Positions 9,784-20,431 of a DNA stretch of 57,078 bases are shown here, one piece after another. The notes below the pieces were generated by a model that was not told the DNA's origin, searched no databases, and saw only the letters and a list, made by a program, of their open reading frames with translations. The stretch's first letter is position 1, and each line of letters opens with the position of its first letter. The DNA comes from an uncultured Candidatus Peribacteria bacterium (GTDB lineage: Bacteria > Patescibacteriota > Gracilibacteria > Peribacterales > Peribacteraceae). The position numbers were made by a program, and so were the translations under genes. The DNA lies in assembly GCA_964434585.1 (NCBI GenBank), contig CAYSVN010000001.1:1-57078 (forward strand). Reading direction: 5' to 3'.

Positions 9784-10410
9784 ATGGAAAAAAAGAAAAA
9801 AAACTCTTGGTGGCTCGATATATTAGATATTGGTTTAAACGTTATTATCATCGTGGGTATTGTCGTAGCTATCCGTACATTCTTAGTATCACCATTCCAG
9901 GTTGATGGTCCAAGCATGAATAACACATTGGAAGACAATCAATACATTATCATCAATAAGTTAGCATATTATATTGGTAGTCCAAAACGTGGTGATGTTG
10001 TGGTATTTAAGGCAAAGCAAACAAATGAAAAATACTATGTTAAACGTGTGCTTGGCGTTGGTGGTGACGAGGTAATTTTGCGCGGAGGCGACGTATTTAT
10101 TAAAACACCAGATAGTGAGTTTGAAGTAAAAATTGAAGAAGCATACTTAGCAGAAGACAATCTTGGTCGTACGTATCAGAGGCACCCTAATAGTGGAAAC
10201 ACTACCGAAAAACGTTACCAGGTACCAAGTGATCAATATTTTTTGATGGGAGATAATCGTCAAGGAAGTCTAGATTCACGCAGTTTTAAAGATGAAAATG
10301 GAGCAGAAGTACCGTTTATTGCTGAAAATGATATTAAGGGGCGTGTATGGTTTGTAGCGTTGCCAGTTACAAAAATTCATGCTCTGTCTCCACCAGAATA
10401 TAATTTATAA
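9784..10410 (+). CDS. lepB: Signal peptidase I
   Basis: VDGPSMNNTL (catalytic Ser), YVKRVLGVGGDEV (Lys box), GDNRQGSLDSR. Confidence 0.9.
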   Translation: MEKKKKNSWWLDILDIGLNVIIIVGIVVAIRTFLVSPFQVDGPSMNNTLEDNQYIIINKLAYYIGSPKRGDVVVFKAKQTNEKYYVKRVLGVGGDEVILRGGDVFIKTPDSEFEVKIEEAYLAEDNLGRTYQRHPNSGNTTEKRYQVPSDQYFLMGDNRQGSLDSRSFKDENGAEVPFIAENDIKGRVWFVALPVTKIHALSPPEYNL

Positions 10411-10503
10411 AGGATGGAGGAGTTAGGAAATTAGGTATTTTTTTGGTATCCTTGCCACAAGGAAAATATATCTAAATTCCTATTATTCTATCTCCTCAAT
10501 CCT
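10411..10503. repeat. E1: palindromic AGGAGTTAGGAA-type element
   Basis: AGGATGGAGGAGTTAGGAAATTAGG ... TCTAAATTCCTATTATTCTATCTCCTCAATCCT; related to 44007-44057. Confidence 0.55.
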
Positions 10504-10508
10504 AAATT

Positions 10509-11228
10509 ATGTCAGGACACAGTAAATGGGCTTCAATTAAACACAAAAAAGGTGCCGCCGATGCCAAGCGTGGTAAAATTTTTACGCGCCATGCAAAACT
10601 TATTGAAATTGCCACCCGCTCTGGTGGACCCGATGTAGGTATGAACGCTGCATTAAAAACTGCAGTTGATAATGCTAAAGCAGACAATGTTCCTAATAAT
10701 AATATTGATAGAGCTATTAAAAAAGGCAGCGGAGAACTACAAGGAGAGGTAACGGCAGAAGTGAATTACGAAGCATACGGACCAGGTGGTTCAGCATTAA
10801 TTATTGAATGTTTAACTGATAATAAAAACAGGACACTGCCAAATATTAAGATGATTCTTAATAAAAAAGGTGGAAACTTTGCTGAAAGCGGTAGCGTAAT
10901 GTATATGTTCGAGCGGAAAGGTTTTGTACTCGCTGAAGTAAAAGAAGGTATGGATGCAGATGAATTAGAATTAGCATTGATTGATTACGGAGCAGAGGAC
11001 ATTAATGTTGGTGAAGAAATGATTGAAATTACGACAGGCATTAGCGATTGGACAAAAGTGCGCGATTACCTAAAAGAGCAAGAATTTGAAGTAACAGAAT
11101 CTGGACTTAAATATGTTTCAGGTCAAACTCAAGATCTCGATGATGAAAAAATGGAGAAAGTAGCTAATTTAATTGAAGCATTAGAGGAAGACGAAGATGT
11201 TTCTCAGGTGCATACCAACGTAGGATAA
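10509..11228 (+). CDS. yebC: YebC/PmpR family DNA-binding regulator
   Basis: MSGHSKWASIKHKKGAADAKRGKIFT. Confidence 0.95.
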   Translation: MSGHSKWASIKHKKGAADAKRGKIFTRHAKLIEIATRSGGPDVGMNAALKTAVDNAKADNVPNNNIDRAIKKGSGELQGEVTAEVNYEAYGPGGSALIIECLTDNKNRTLPNIKMILNKKGGNFAESGSVMYMFERKGFVLAEVKEGMDADELELALIDYGAEDINVGEEMIEITTGISDWTKVRDYLKEQEFEVTESGLKYVSGQTQDLDDEKMEKVANLIEALEEDEDVSQVHTNVG

Positions 11229-11233
11229 AAACC

Positions 11234-12742
11234 TTAAGCATTGAAGGTTTCTATGTCATCATTTTCGTATTCTTGTGCCCTTTTAATAAATAACAATAAT
11301 CCATAATAGAACATCACAGCAATCCATCCTAAATGCTCAATCTCTACGCTTGCATATGGCACTTTTGCCAGTGTTTTTGTAATAATGATAATAAGCTCTA
11401 AGCACGCCCAGCCAAGGTAAGCAATTAATTGGCCACCAAGCCACCAAACAGAGCTAAGCATTGTCCCTACAAAGCCAAACAACATCGCTAGTGGTAGCAG
11501 TGGGGCTACTAAAATATTAGCCAGTGGTGCAATTAAACTAAGGCGACCAAATAATACAATAATAAGTGGTACTGCTACCAGTTGTGCCGCCATAGTCATA
11601 GTAAGCGATTCCCGAACTGCAAATGTGTCAGGTGTACACTTAAACCATTTTTCTAGCATTGGGGAGAATTCTAGCAGTCCTAGTACTGCTAAAAACGAAA
11701 GCTGAAACCCAGCATCGTACCACAGTAATTTTGGATTAATCACTGTCATAAAAAATGCTGTCCAAAGCAGGGTGATACGTATGGTATTTTCACGACCAAG
11801 CTGCAAAGCCAATAAACTTAAGCAGCCCATAATGGCAGCACGTACTACCGCTGGTGATGCTCCCACAAATAATGTAAAGCCAACAATACAAATAACAATT
11901 GGTATAATACGGTACCGTTTAGGTACAAACCCAAAGGCAGCACCAATAAACAAAATAACAATGGCAATGTTGTAACCTGAAATCGCAATAATATGGGTTA
12001 ATCCGGTCGTATTAAAATCTTCCATTAAATGCGCAGGTATGCCTTTACGCGAACCTGTAAGTAGTCCTGCCATAAATGAGGCATGCGGCTCGCTGTAGAG
12101 TCGATTAATTTGTCGTTCAAATTTTTCTTTTATTCCAAAAAGACTATGTTGTACTATATTTTTTCTTATTGCAAGTTTTTTGCTTTTAAATTCTAAATCT
12201 TCTTTAGAAATTGATCCACGATACATAACGCTATAAATATTGTATCGGCTTAAGTATTGATCATACTGAAATGCTTCAATAGGCTTGGGCTTCTGCAGTA
12301 TTCCAGAAATTTGTACGGCATCACCTTGGTTATATTCTGGCCATTGGCGTTCATCGTTAAACAACACTAATCCTACAGCAGGCTGAAGGTAGCCAGAACC
12401 AGTATCAAGACTGGTAATATTAATAGTATATTTTGTTTGCAGTGGCCGCTTATCAGGATCTTGCGCAATAGTGCCATGCAAAACTTGGTATGTGCTATTG
12501 CTGTACCAATCAATACTAGCAGGGGATGATTGATGAGTACTTAACTGAACGCTCATAAAGGCTAGCCCCATAGCAAGTACAATTGGAGCAATCCATCGAT
12601 ACCAATGTTGGTAGTATCCAAATAGTATTAAAAGTATGAATCCTAGCCAAATAATAGATGGATACATAACCTGCTGATTCCATTGCAATAAAAAAAGTGT
12701 AAAGAGGTAGCTGCCATGAAACCAGTAAAGCGTTTGCAACAT
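11234..12742 (-). CDS. comEC: ComEC/Rec2 family competence channel protein (no beta-lactamase domain)
   Basis: Polytopic membrane protein with GLTHIIAISGYNIAIV motif. Confidence 0.8.
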   Translation of the reverse strand: MLQTLYWFHGSYLFTLFLLQWNQQVMYPSIIWLGFILLILFGYYQHWYRWIAPIVLAMGLAFMSVQLSTHQSSPASIDWYSNSTYQVLHGTIAQDPDKRPLQTKYTINITSLDTGSGYLQPAVGLVLFNDERQWPEYNQGDAVQISGILQKPKPIEAFQYDQYLSRYNIYSVMYRGSISKEDLEFKSKKLAIRKNIVQHSLFGIKEKFERQINRLYSEPHASFMAGLLTGSRKGIPAHLMEDFNTTGLTHIIAISGYNIAIVILFIGAAFGFVPKRYRIIPIVICIVGFTLFVGASPAVVRAAIMGCLSLLALQLGRENTIRITLLWTAFFMTVINPKLLWYDAGFQLSFLAVLGLLEFSPMLEKWFKCTPDTFAVRESLTMTMAAQLVAVPLIIVLFGRLSLIAPLANILVAPLLPLAMLFGFVGTMLSSVWWLGGQLIAYLGWACLELIIIITKTLAKVPYASVEIEHLGWIAVMFYYGLLLFIKRAQEYENDDIETFNA

Positions 12743-12901
12743 AAGTGATGAATTCTACACTACTATCTTTTTAAATACAAACAATATGTTAAAAAATAAA
12801 TACATATAAAATTTGGAATACATAATTAGCAGCTCCTAAAACAAAAAAATTGCACTGTCCAGTAATATATATCATTGTAAAATTAGTGTATTATATAAGT
12901 A

Positions 12902-13300
12902 ATGAAGCCTCATTTACCTGAAAGATTTAGAATACAAGTCAATCCTAATAATGGCATTCTTTGCGATTTTAGCAATAATTTTAATGAAATTGCCAGATGG
13001 CTTAATAGTTCTCGCACAAGAGTTGGCGATACATTAGAGAGTTGGCAAAGTAAGTTAAGAGGAATGCCAACGTATACAGAATACATTGAAAGGAAATGTA
13101 GAATGAAGCCATTAATTGAAAAAAAATCAGCAATTCAAATAGTTGCAGAATTAACGGAGACAGTAGAGGCAAAAAATCTGAATAGAATTGTATTAGAGCT
13201 CCGTAAAATTGGTATATTGAATCCCGAAGAACACAGAGAGACAGTTCGCGATTTAGTAAATGATGCAAGTCAAATTTTTAAACAAGGATTAGATAAATAA
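12902..13300 (+). CDS. Hypothetical protein
   Basis: ORF only; no recognisable motif. Confidence 0.4.
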   Translation: MKPHLPERFRIQVNPNNGILCDFSNNFNEIARWLNSSRTRVGDTLESWQSKLRGMPTYTEYIERKCRMKPLIEKKSAIQIVAELTETVEAKNLNRIVLELRKIGILNPEEHRETVRDLVNDASQIFKQGLDK

Positions 13301-13324
13301 TCTTTAAGCATGCTAATACAAATA

Positions 13325-13344
13325 GAGCGGAGACGGGTCGTTTT
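13325..13344. repeat. Left arm of a 20-bp perfect inverted repeat flanking the SLH gene
   Basis: GAGCGGAGACGGGTCGTTTT is the exact reverse complement of 14386-14405. Confidence 0.9.
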
Positions 13345-13453
13345 ACATTAAATACAACTATCACCCAATTCTGTAATTCGTACTACATCGATTTATTGCT
13401 TAAATAAACCGTTGCAATTAGGCTGTTAAGGTATTCTCTCTACACTATCAATT

Positions 13454-14383
13454 ATGAAAAAATTAGCATCATTACTATTATTAATTATAATACCAGCTGC
13501 CGCTTTGGCTGCTTTTCCTGATGTACCAGAGCAGTCACAGTACTTTGACGCTGTGGAGTACGCAAAACTTAATGGTATTGTAAATGGATATGATGATGGA
13601 ACGTACCGACCAAATGTAACAATTAACCGAGCGGAGTTTGTTAAAATATTAGTAGAATCTAACTTTACTGTAGCCGATGTAGAAAGCTGTACTGTGGATT
13701 CTATGGCGTACAGCGACGTGCCAAGTGCAGCTTGGTATGTGCCATATGTTTGTGTGGCAACAGAAGAAGGTATTATTAAAGGTTATGAAGATGGAACATT
13801 TAGGGCCGCTAATACTATTAATTTTGTAGAGGCTGCTAAAATTATTATTGCTACTGAAAATGGCGGAGAGATTGCTGGGGATCCTTGGTACCAGCCATAC
13901 GTTATTTCACTGAGTGAACGTAATGCTATTCCAACAGCTATAACAACATTAGATCATAATGTTACCAGGGGAGAAATGGCCGAAATGATGTATAGAACAT
14001 TGCAGTCTATTACAGATAAGCCTTCAACGACATATAACACATTGGCAGGCATTGAGGAGCAATCTGCAATATTAACGCCTGTAGATGGCAGTAATTCAAC
14101 AGGAGTAGCAAATGCTACGTGGGATGGTACAGAATATAAAGTGGTTGCAACATTTAGTAATCTTCCAGAAGCATTACCAGGCTTCTTTTATGAAGGCTGG
14201 GTTGTGCGCCCAGGTGCTAACCTGAGTATTATATCCACAGGTGTAGCTGACGGCATAACCGGTAATATATTTACGAGTAATCAAAATTTAATAGACCATA
14301 CTAGGTATGTGTTAACATTAGAGCCAGACGATGGAGATCCGGCACCAGCTCCAGAACATACTGTAGAAGGAGACTTTAATTAG
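13454..14383 (+). CDS. Secreted S-layer homology (SLH) domain protein
   Basis: Signal peptide LLLIIIPAAALAA; SLH-like repeats FPDVPEQSQYFDAVEYAKLNGIVNGYDDGTYRPNVTINRAEFVKIL and YSDVPSAAWYVPYVCVATEEGIIKGYEDGTFR. Confidence 0.75.
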   Translation: MKKLASLLLLIIIPAAALAAFPDVPEQSQYFDAVEYAKLNGIVNGYDDGTYRPNVTINRAEFVKILVESNFTVADVESCTVDSMAYSDVPSAAWYVPYVCVATEEGIIKGYEDGTFRAANTINFVEAAKIIIATENGGEIAGDPWYQPYVISLSERNAIPTAITTLDHNVTRGEMAEMMYRTLQSITDKPSTTYNTLAGIEEQSAILTPVDGSNSTGVANATWDGTEYKVVATFSNLPEALPGFFYEGWVVRPGANLSIISTGVADGITGNIFTSNQNLIDHTRYVLTLEPDDGDPAPAPEHTVEGDFN

Positions 14384-14385
14384 AA

Positions 14386-14405
14386 AAAACGACCCGTCTC
14401 CGCTC
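14386..14405. repeat. Right arm of the 20-bp perfect inverted repeat flanking the SLH gene
   Basis: AAAACGACCCGTCTCCGCTC. Its core GACCCGTCT.CGC is shared with the GIY-YIG element TIR at 37564. Confidence 0.9.
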
Positions 14406-14564
14406 ATTTATTATAGTAAGATGAAGTGAATGTATTATATTTATTAAAATCGATAGCTGCTTCGGGGTCTTTTCGCAGATAAAGCTAGCAGTAACTGCAT
14501 AAAGGGCGCGAAGCAATGCAATAACGAGCGTAGTGAGTTATAAATGGAGACGGCCCGTTTCTCC

Positions 14565-14765
14565 TTATCGATTTCGCCACCAGATCATCAGCAGGTTTGC
14601 TCCAAAGAAAATCATAACAAACGCAACGATGGTTGCCAATAAGTCTGGATTAACTAAAATTGCTACTCCTAGTAAAATAAGGAGTAATGCATTTGGTAGT
14701 AAAAAACCAGCAAACCGTTTTTGTAACGGGCTAGAGTATTTTTTATTGGAGTAAAAATTAAACAT
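14565..14765 (-). CDS. Small hydrophobic membrane protein (hypothetical)
   Basis: Two predicted TM segments (LLPNALLLILLGVAILV, IVAFVMIFFGANLLMIWW); start overlaps the stop of the upstream ORF. Confidence 0.4.
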   Translation of the reverse strand: MFNFYSNKKYSSPLQKRFAGFLLPNALLLILLGVAILVNPDLLATIVAFVMIFFGANLLMIWWRNR

Positions 14766-15172
14766 TATATAGTTCGTAGTTGAGCAGCTTTACCTCCTTT
14801 ATCAACTGCGCCCCCTAAACTTCTGTAGACAAGGTCAACAGTATCAAACAAGATCTGATTTGCTGTACCTGCTACAGCAGCAACCCCGTCTGGATTTTCA
14901 ACATTTTGATTAATAGTTCCCTTGTAGCGGTCCCATTCAGAGCCATATTGCTGTTTACGGTTTTCTCTGTAAACATCAGCATTTGATAAAAGATCTATTC
15001 CATCTGGTATCCAAGATCCTAGAATACCAATGGCTCCAGATACAGCGCCGCCAACACGACCACGAAAAATACCAGCGATATTTTTTACATTCTGCAAACT
15101 TCTACCTGCAACCCCAAAGGATTCAAGTCTATCTGGTTTTGCAGCCAAATTTTCAGATGGTGCGTTTCTCAT
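14765..15172 (-). CDS. Hypothetical protein with a glycine-zipper-like segment
   Basis: GRVGGAVSGAIGILG. Occupies the position after rpmH but lacks RnpA motifs. Confidence 0.45.
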   Translation of the reverse strand: MRNAPSENLAAKPDRLESFGVAGRSLQNVKNIAGIFRGRVGGAVSGAIGILGSWIPDGIDLLSNADVYRENRKQQYGSEWDRYKGTINQNVENPDGVAAVAGTANQILFDTVDLVYRSLGGAVDKGGKAAQLRTI

Positions 15173-15183
15173 AATTTAAATGA

Positions 15184-15348
15184 CTATTTACCTCCTTTAC
15201 CACCTTTAATACCAGCTTTTTGAGGAGTTAGAATTTTACGACCTTTACGACGACGTGCAGCAAGCACGCGTTTTCCACCTTTACTCTGAGACCTTTTAAG
15301 GAATCCATGAGTTCGAAGCCGTTTTCTCCATTTGAGTTTTCCTAACAT
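15184..15348 (-). CDS. rpmH: 50S ribosomal protein L34 (54 aa; below the ORF-track cutoff)
   Basis: Manual translation: [54 protein letters not shown]. Matches the L34 core THGF..R..T..G..VL..RR.KGR..L. Confidence 0.85.
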   Translation of the reverse strand: MLGKLKWRKRLRTHGFLKRSQSKGGKRVLAARRRKGRKILTPQKAGIKGGKGGK

Positions 15349-15363
15349 AGTTAAGAGAGTATA

Positions 15364-15969
15364 TTGATTAATATCGTAAAGTCAAATACTATGATCTCCT
15401 TTTTTATACCAATTTTCTATCGTAAAATATTCATGAATAATGCAGTAAATCAAGAATCAAAAATACTAGATGAGCCAGAGCTTATTGTAGAAACTGCAAC
15501 AGTAGCTCTAGCCGATGACATAAAGGCAGTTGGGTCATTTAGCTCTCTACCAAACATTGATGCAGGATTTTTAGATGGAATTCGTCATGAAAAAATTACA
15601 TACCTACTTGATATCTGGAGAGAAAAGATAGGAAAAGAGCTATGGTATGAGGTTAAAAAAGTAGGATTAGCATACGATGAAGCGGCTCAAGAATTAGGTA
15701 TACAGCTACTACAAGTTGAACAAGAAGAAGATGATTTTATTGTAGATATCCATACAGATTCTATTATTAAAAAAGTGGGGTTTACAAAAGAAAGTGTAAA
15801 ATTAATGCGTTTAAAATTATATCATACGCTAACAGACGCACTGGCTGAATTACTACAAGAGCAAAGAGTTCTTTTAAAGGTAAATACGAAGGTAAAAAAT
15901 GAACATGGCGTACAAGTACCAGTTATTAAGGGTGATGCCCGAGAAGCTCTTAACAAAGCTTTATCATAG
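15364..15969 (+). CDS. Hypothetical protein (alternative start ATG 15433)
   Basis: ORF only; acidic, helical-looking. Confidence 0.45.
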   Translation: MINIVKSNTMISFFIPIFYRKIFMNNAVNQESKILDEPELIVETATVALADDIKAVGSFSSLPNIDAGFLDGIRHEKITYLLDIWREKIGKELWYEVKKVGLAYDEAAQELGIQLLQVEQEEDDFIVDIHTDSIIKKVGFTKESVKLMRLKLYHTLTDALAELLQEQRVLLKVNTKVKNEHGVQVPVIKGDAREALNKALS

Positions 15970-16158
15970 CAGTAATTAAACTGTGAAAGCCAAATGGAAT
16001 ACATTGGAGAAATAAGAAAAACCACTGAGATGAAAAAAGAGAAAATTGGAGATTAATCCAGTTGTCAAAAATAAGGATATTATCTGAAGAATAATTTCAC
16101 TCACTGTGATTAATTAGTGGTCAGTTAAAATAAGTAAGTTTACTATAGGGTTCATTAA

Positions 16159-16311
16159 TTCTCGCACTATCGAGAGGAGCTCTTGTGGCTTCCAAGGGAG
16201 TGAACGGCCATCCGCCGAACGCGATAGTTGACACGACTTGGAATAAGCCACTAAGTAAGCAGCGCAGTGCGAAACTTTTTTGTTACTTTTTTGGTTACAA
16301 AAAAGTAGGGA
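16159..16311 (-). repeat. Copy B of the structured dispersed element
   Basis: The reverse complement aligns over its whole length with copies A, C and D. It ends 20 nt upstream of the ligA start. Confidence 0.75.
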
Positions 16312-16321
16312 AAGAATGTAA

Positions 16322-18529
<2,208 letters not shown>

Positions 18530-18592
18530 TATTTTAAAATATTTAACTGTTCTTTTTTTATTTTTACCATTTACCATCAATAAGGAGAAACA

Positions 18593-18811
18593 ATGGTAGC
18601 GGTAATATTGTTGTGGCTATTCGCGCCTTCGTTTCATAAATACTACGTGTTTACACATAGAGTTTATGAACGATTTATGCGAAGTCATATGGACCCATTA
18701 GATGAGCAATATCACTTAAAAAGACGTAGGTTCTGGCAAAGAGTCGAACTTACAGCTCTAAGTGCCGTGATAGAAGCTTCAACATGGTGTTGTATTTTTT
18801 TACTCCAATAG
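18593..18811 (+). CDS. Small membrane protein (module 1), paralog of 19024-19344
   Basis: Strong SD AAGGAG at 18582-18587; N- and C-terminal hydrophobic segments around a basic RRRF core. Confidence 0.45.
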   Translation: MVAVILLWLFAPSFHKYYVFTHRVYERFMRSHMDPLDEQYHLKRRRFWQRVELTALSAVIEASTWCCIFLLQ

Positions 18812-19023
18812 AAAGGATAGCGTAAAGTTCTTGGTTGGCATCTTAATGAAAGGATCCAACTAATAGTCAGCATTCATTGCTGACACTAGCGGCATCGCAA
18901 GATGCCGAACAAGCCCAATGCAATGTTGCACCGGGCTTTTAATTTGACAAATAATTATTAATAGTTCAAAATATAATTCGTTCTTTTTTCATATTTCATA
19001 CCTCCCAAATTTTAAGGATAAAC

Positions 19024-19344
19024 ATGGGACCTGCTCTTTCCATATTTATGAAGGGATTGATGTTTATTGCTATCTTTCCTTTCACAATCTTTATTGTCTG
19101 CCGAATGCGCCATAGCTTACTTGGCTACCTTTGGTGGCATAGTGAGAACTATGACAAGTTTAGACAAAAAAGAGACTACGAAGGTAGTGAAGACGCAATG
19201 ACCTTCAGGACCAGGAAACGCCGCTTTAAAAAACGTGCGTTGGCAATATCTGCCATTGCTACTCTAGAAGTAGCATTATTCCTCATCTACAAATCTCCGT
19301 GGATCATCCATCATTTTGGGTGGTTATTTATCCCAGAAGGATAA
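19024..19344 (+). CDS. Small membrane protein (module 2)
   Basis: SD AAGGA at 19014-19018; same TM-basic(RKRRFKKR)-TM layout as 18593-18811. Confidence 0.45.
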   Translation: MGPALSIFMKGLMFIAIFPFTIFIVCRMRHSLLGYLWWHSENYDKFRQKRDYEGSEDAMTFRTRKRRFKKRALAISAIATLEVALFLIYKSPWIIHHFGWLFIPEG

Positions 19345-19441
19345 AGAACATGGCTTAACTTTAACGTTGAGCACCACGGCAACCATTGCGTTGCCGAAAT
19401 AACCCAACGCCACTTCGGCTGAGGGTTTTTTATTTGGTGTA

Positions 19442-19469
19442 TTGACAAAAACAATAAAATATGTAACAT
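19442..19469 (+). promoter_or_regulatory. Sigma70-like promoter of module 3
   Basis: TTGACA - 16 nt - TAACAT. Confidence 0.45.
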
Positions 19470-19522
19470 AGGATAGTTAGCAATCCTGCTAACAAGTTCT
19501 TTTCTACTACGGAAGGTATAGC

Positions 19523-19699
19523 ATGGAAGTTATCTTTATGCGGATCGAAGTGGAAACATTAAGCAGGCAACAAGTTCTTTGTTGCGTACTTGAGGAGGTT
19601 CTACTCCGGCTCTGTAAAACTACACATTTAACCGTAACTCAGCACGAGTACGGAGAACCAAAGCCAAATTTGGGACAAGTTCTAGATGTTTTAGTTTAA
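19523..19699 (+). CDS. Possible 58-aa ORF (below the track cutoff)
   Basis: Manual translation MEVIFMRIEVETLSRQQVLCCVLEEVLLRLCKTTHLTVTQHEYGEPKPNLGQVLDVLV; GGAAGG lies 6 nt upstream. Could instead be an untranslated leader. Confidence 0.2.
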   Translation: MEVIFMRIEVETLSRQQVLCCVLEEVLLRLCKTTHLTVTQHEYGEPKPNLGQVLDVLV

Positions 19700-19722
19700 T
19701 TATTTTCACACGGAGGTGAAAC

Positions 19723-19914
19723 ATGTCGACAGGAAATTTTGTGGAAGACATTCTAATAGTCTGTGTTCCGTACATCATCCCTGTTATGTCTATCGGCTTC
19801 GCTCTGTTCTGCAGACGCAAAACCGAAGGCATTGGTGCTCTCATTTTTGCTAGCAGCTTGCTAGTAGTAGGGGCACTTATTGTTGGAACGGTTGTCTGCG
19901 ATTTTATCTCGTAG
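19723..19914 (+). CDS. Small two-TM membrane protein (module 3)
   Basis: SD GGAGGTG at 19712-19718; hydrophobic ILIVCVPYIIPVMSIGFALF and ALIFASSLLVVGALIVGTVV. Confidence 0.45.
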   Translation: MSTGNFVEDILIVCVPYIIPVMSIGFALFCRRKTEGIGALIFASSLLVVGALIVGTVVCDFIS

Positions 19915-19944
19915 GCATAAATTGTTCCACAGAAAAGAGACCAA

Positions 19945-19985
19945 GGGTTAAACGCAAACAGTGAGCGCGTTCAACCCTTTTTTTT
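19945..19985 (+). terminator. Rho-independent terminator
   Basis: GGGTTAAACGC...GCGTTCAACCC stem followed by T8. Confidence 0.7.
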
Positions 19986-20020
19986 GCGTAAAAAACCGGT
20001 TTACTGTATAATAAAAACAT

Positions 20021-20431
20021 ATGGATACCACACTTTACTTAACCACGGCCGAACAAGAATTACTAAATAATATTGATGTAACGTTAACAGAAAACTTCTC
20101 TGTAGAAGCAGAAACATTCGGTAAGTATGAAACTATAAAACAGCTGCAAATGCGCCATTTTTTAGCAGACTTTACTGCTTATCCAGAAATTAATACACTT
20201 ATTGAAAAATTAAAAAGTAACCCTACTGACATTACAAAAGAAGACTTAGAAACCATGAACCCTGAGTTCCAAGAAGAGGTTTACTTTGCAATTGGAGCAA
20301 GAGGGGTTGATGTATTTGTGCAAGAACTTATAAAAAATATCTCTGATGAAGATGATATGGAAGCTCTTTGTTTTTTGACAACTGTTCGCCATAAATTACT
20401 CGATATTAACTCAAAATCTAAACATGTTTGA
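20021..20431 (+). CDS. Hypothetical acidic protein; first gene of the giant-protein operon
   Basis: TGTATAAT 8 nt upstream of the ATG; its stop overlaps the next start by 8 nt. Confidence 0.55.
   Translation: MDTTLYLTTAEQELLNNIDVTLTENFSVEAETFGKYETIKQLQMRHFLADFTAYPEINTLIEKLKSNPTDITKEDLETMNPEFQEEVYFAIGARGVDVFVQELIKNISDEDDMEALCFLTTVRHKLLDINSKSKHV

Noticed and set aside
9669-9938. 89-aa minus-strand ORF spanning the nusB/lepB spacer.
   Set aside because: It runs through palindromic repeat R2 and overlaps the lepB start and N-terminus on the opposite strand; most likely spurious.
14533-14754. Plus-strand 73-aa ORF overlapping the minus-strand 66-aa membrane ORF.
   Set aside because: The minus-strand ORF has membrane-protein character and start/stop coupling to the upstream gene. 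The plus-strand translation is basic and low-complexity. Both remain low confidence.
14765-15172. The ORF after rpmH as RNase P protein RnpA (the canonical rpmH-rnpA order), and the following 66-aa ORF as YidD.
   Set aside because: There is no RNR-type basic motif of RnpA and no conserved Cys motif of YidD; I kept both as hypothetical.
19620-19844. Minus-strand 74-aa ORF in the small-ORF island.
   Set aside because: It overlaps the SD-preceded plus-strand 63-aa membrane ORF and its leader, and has no start-site signals.
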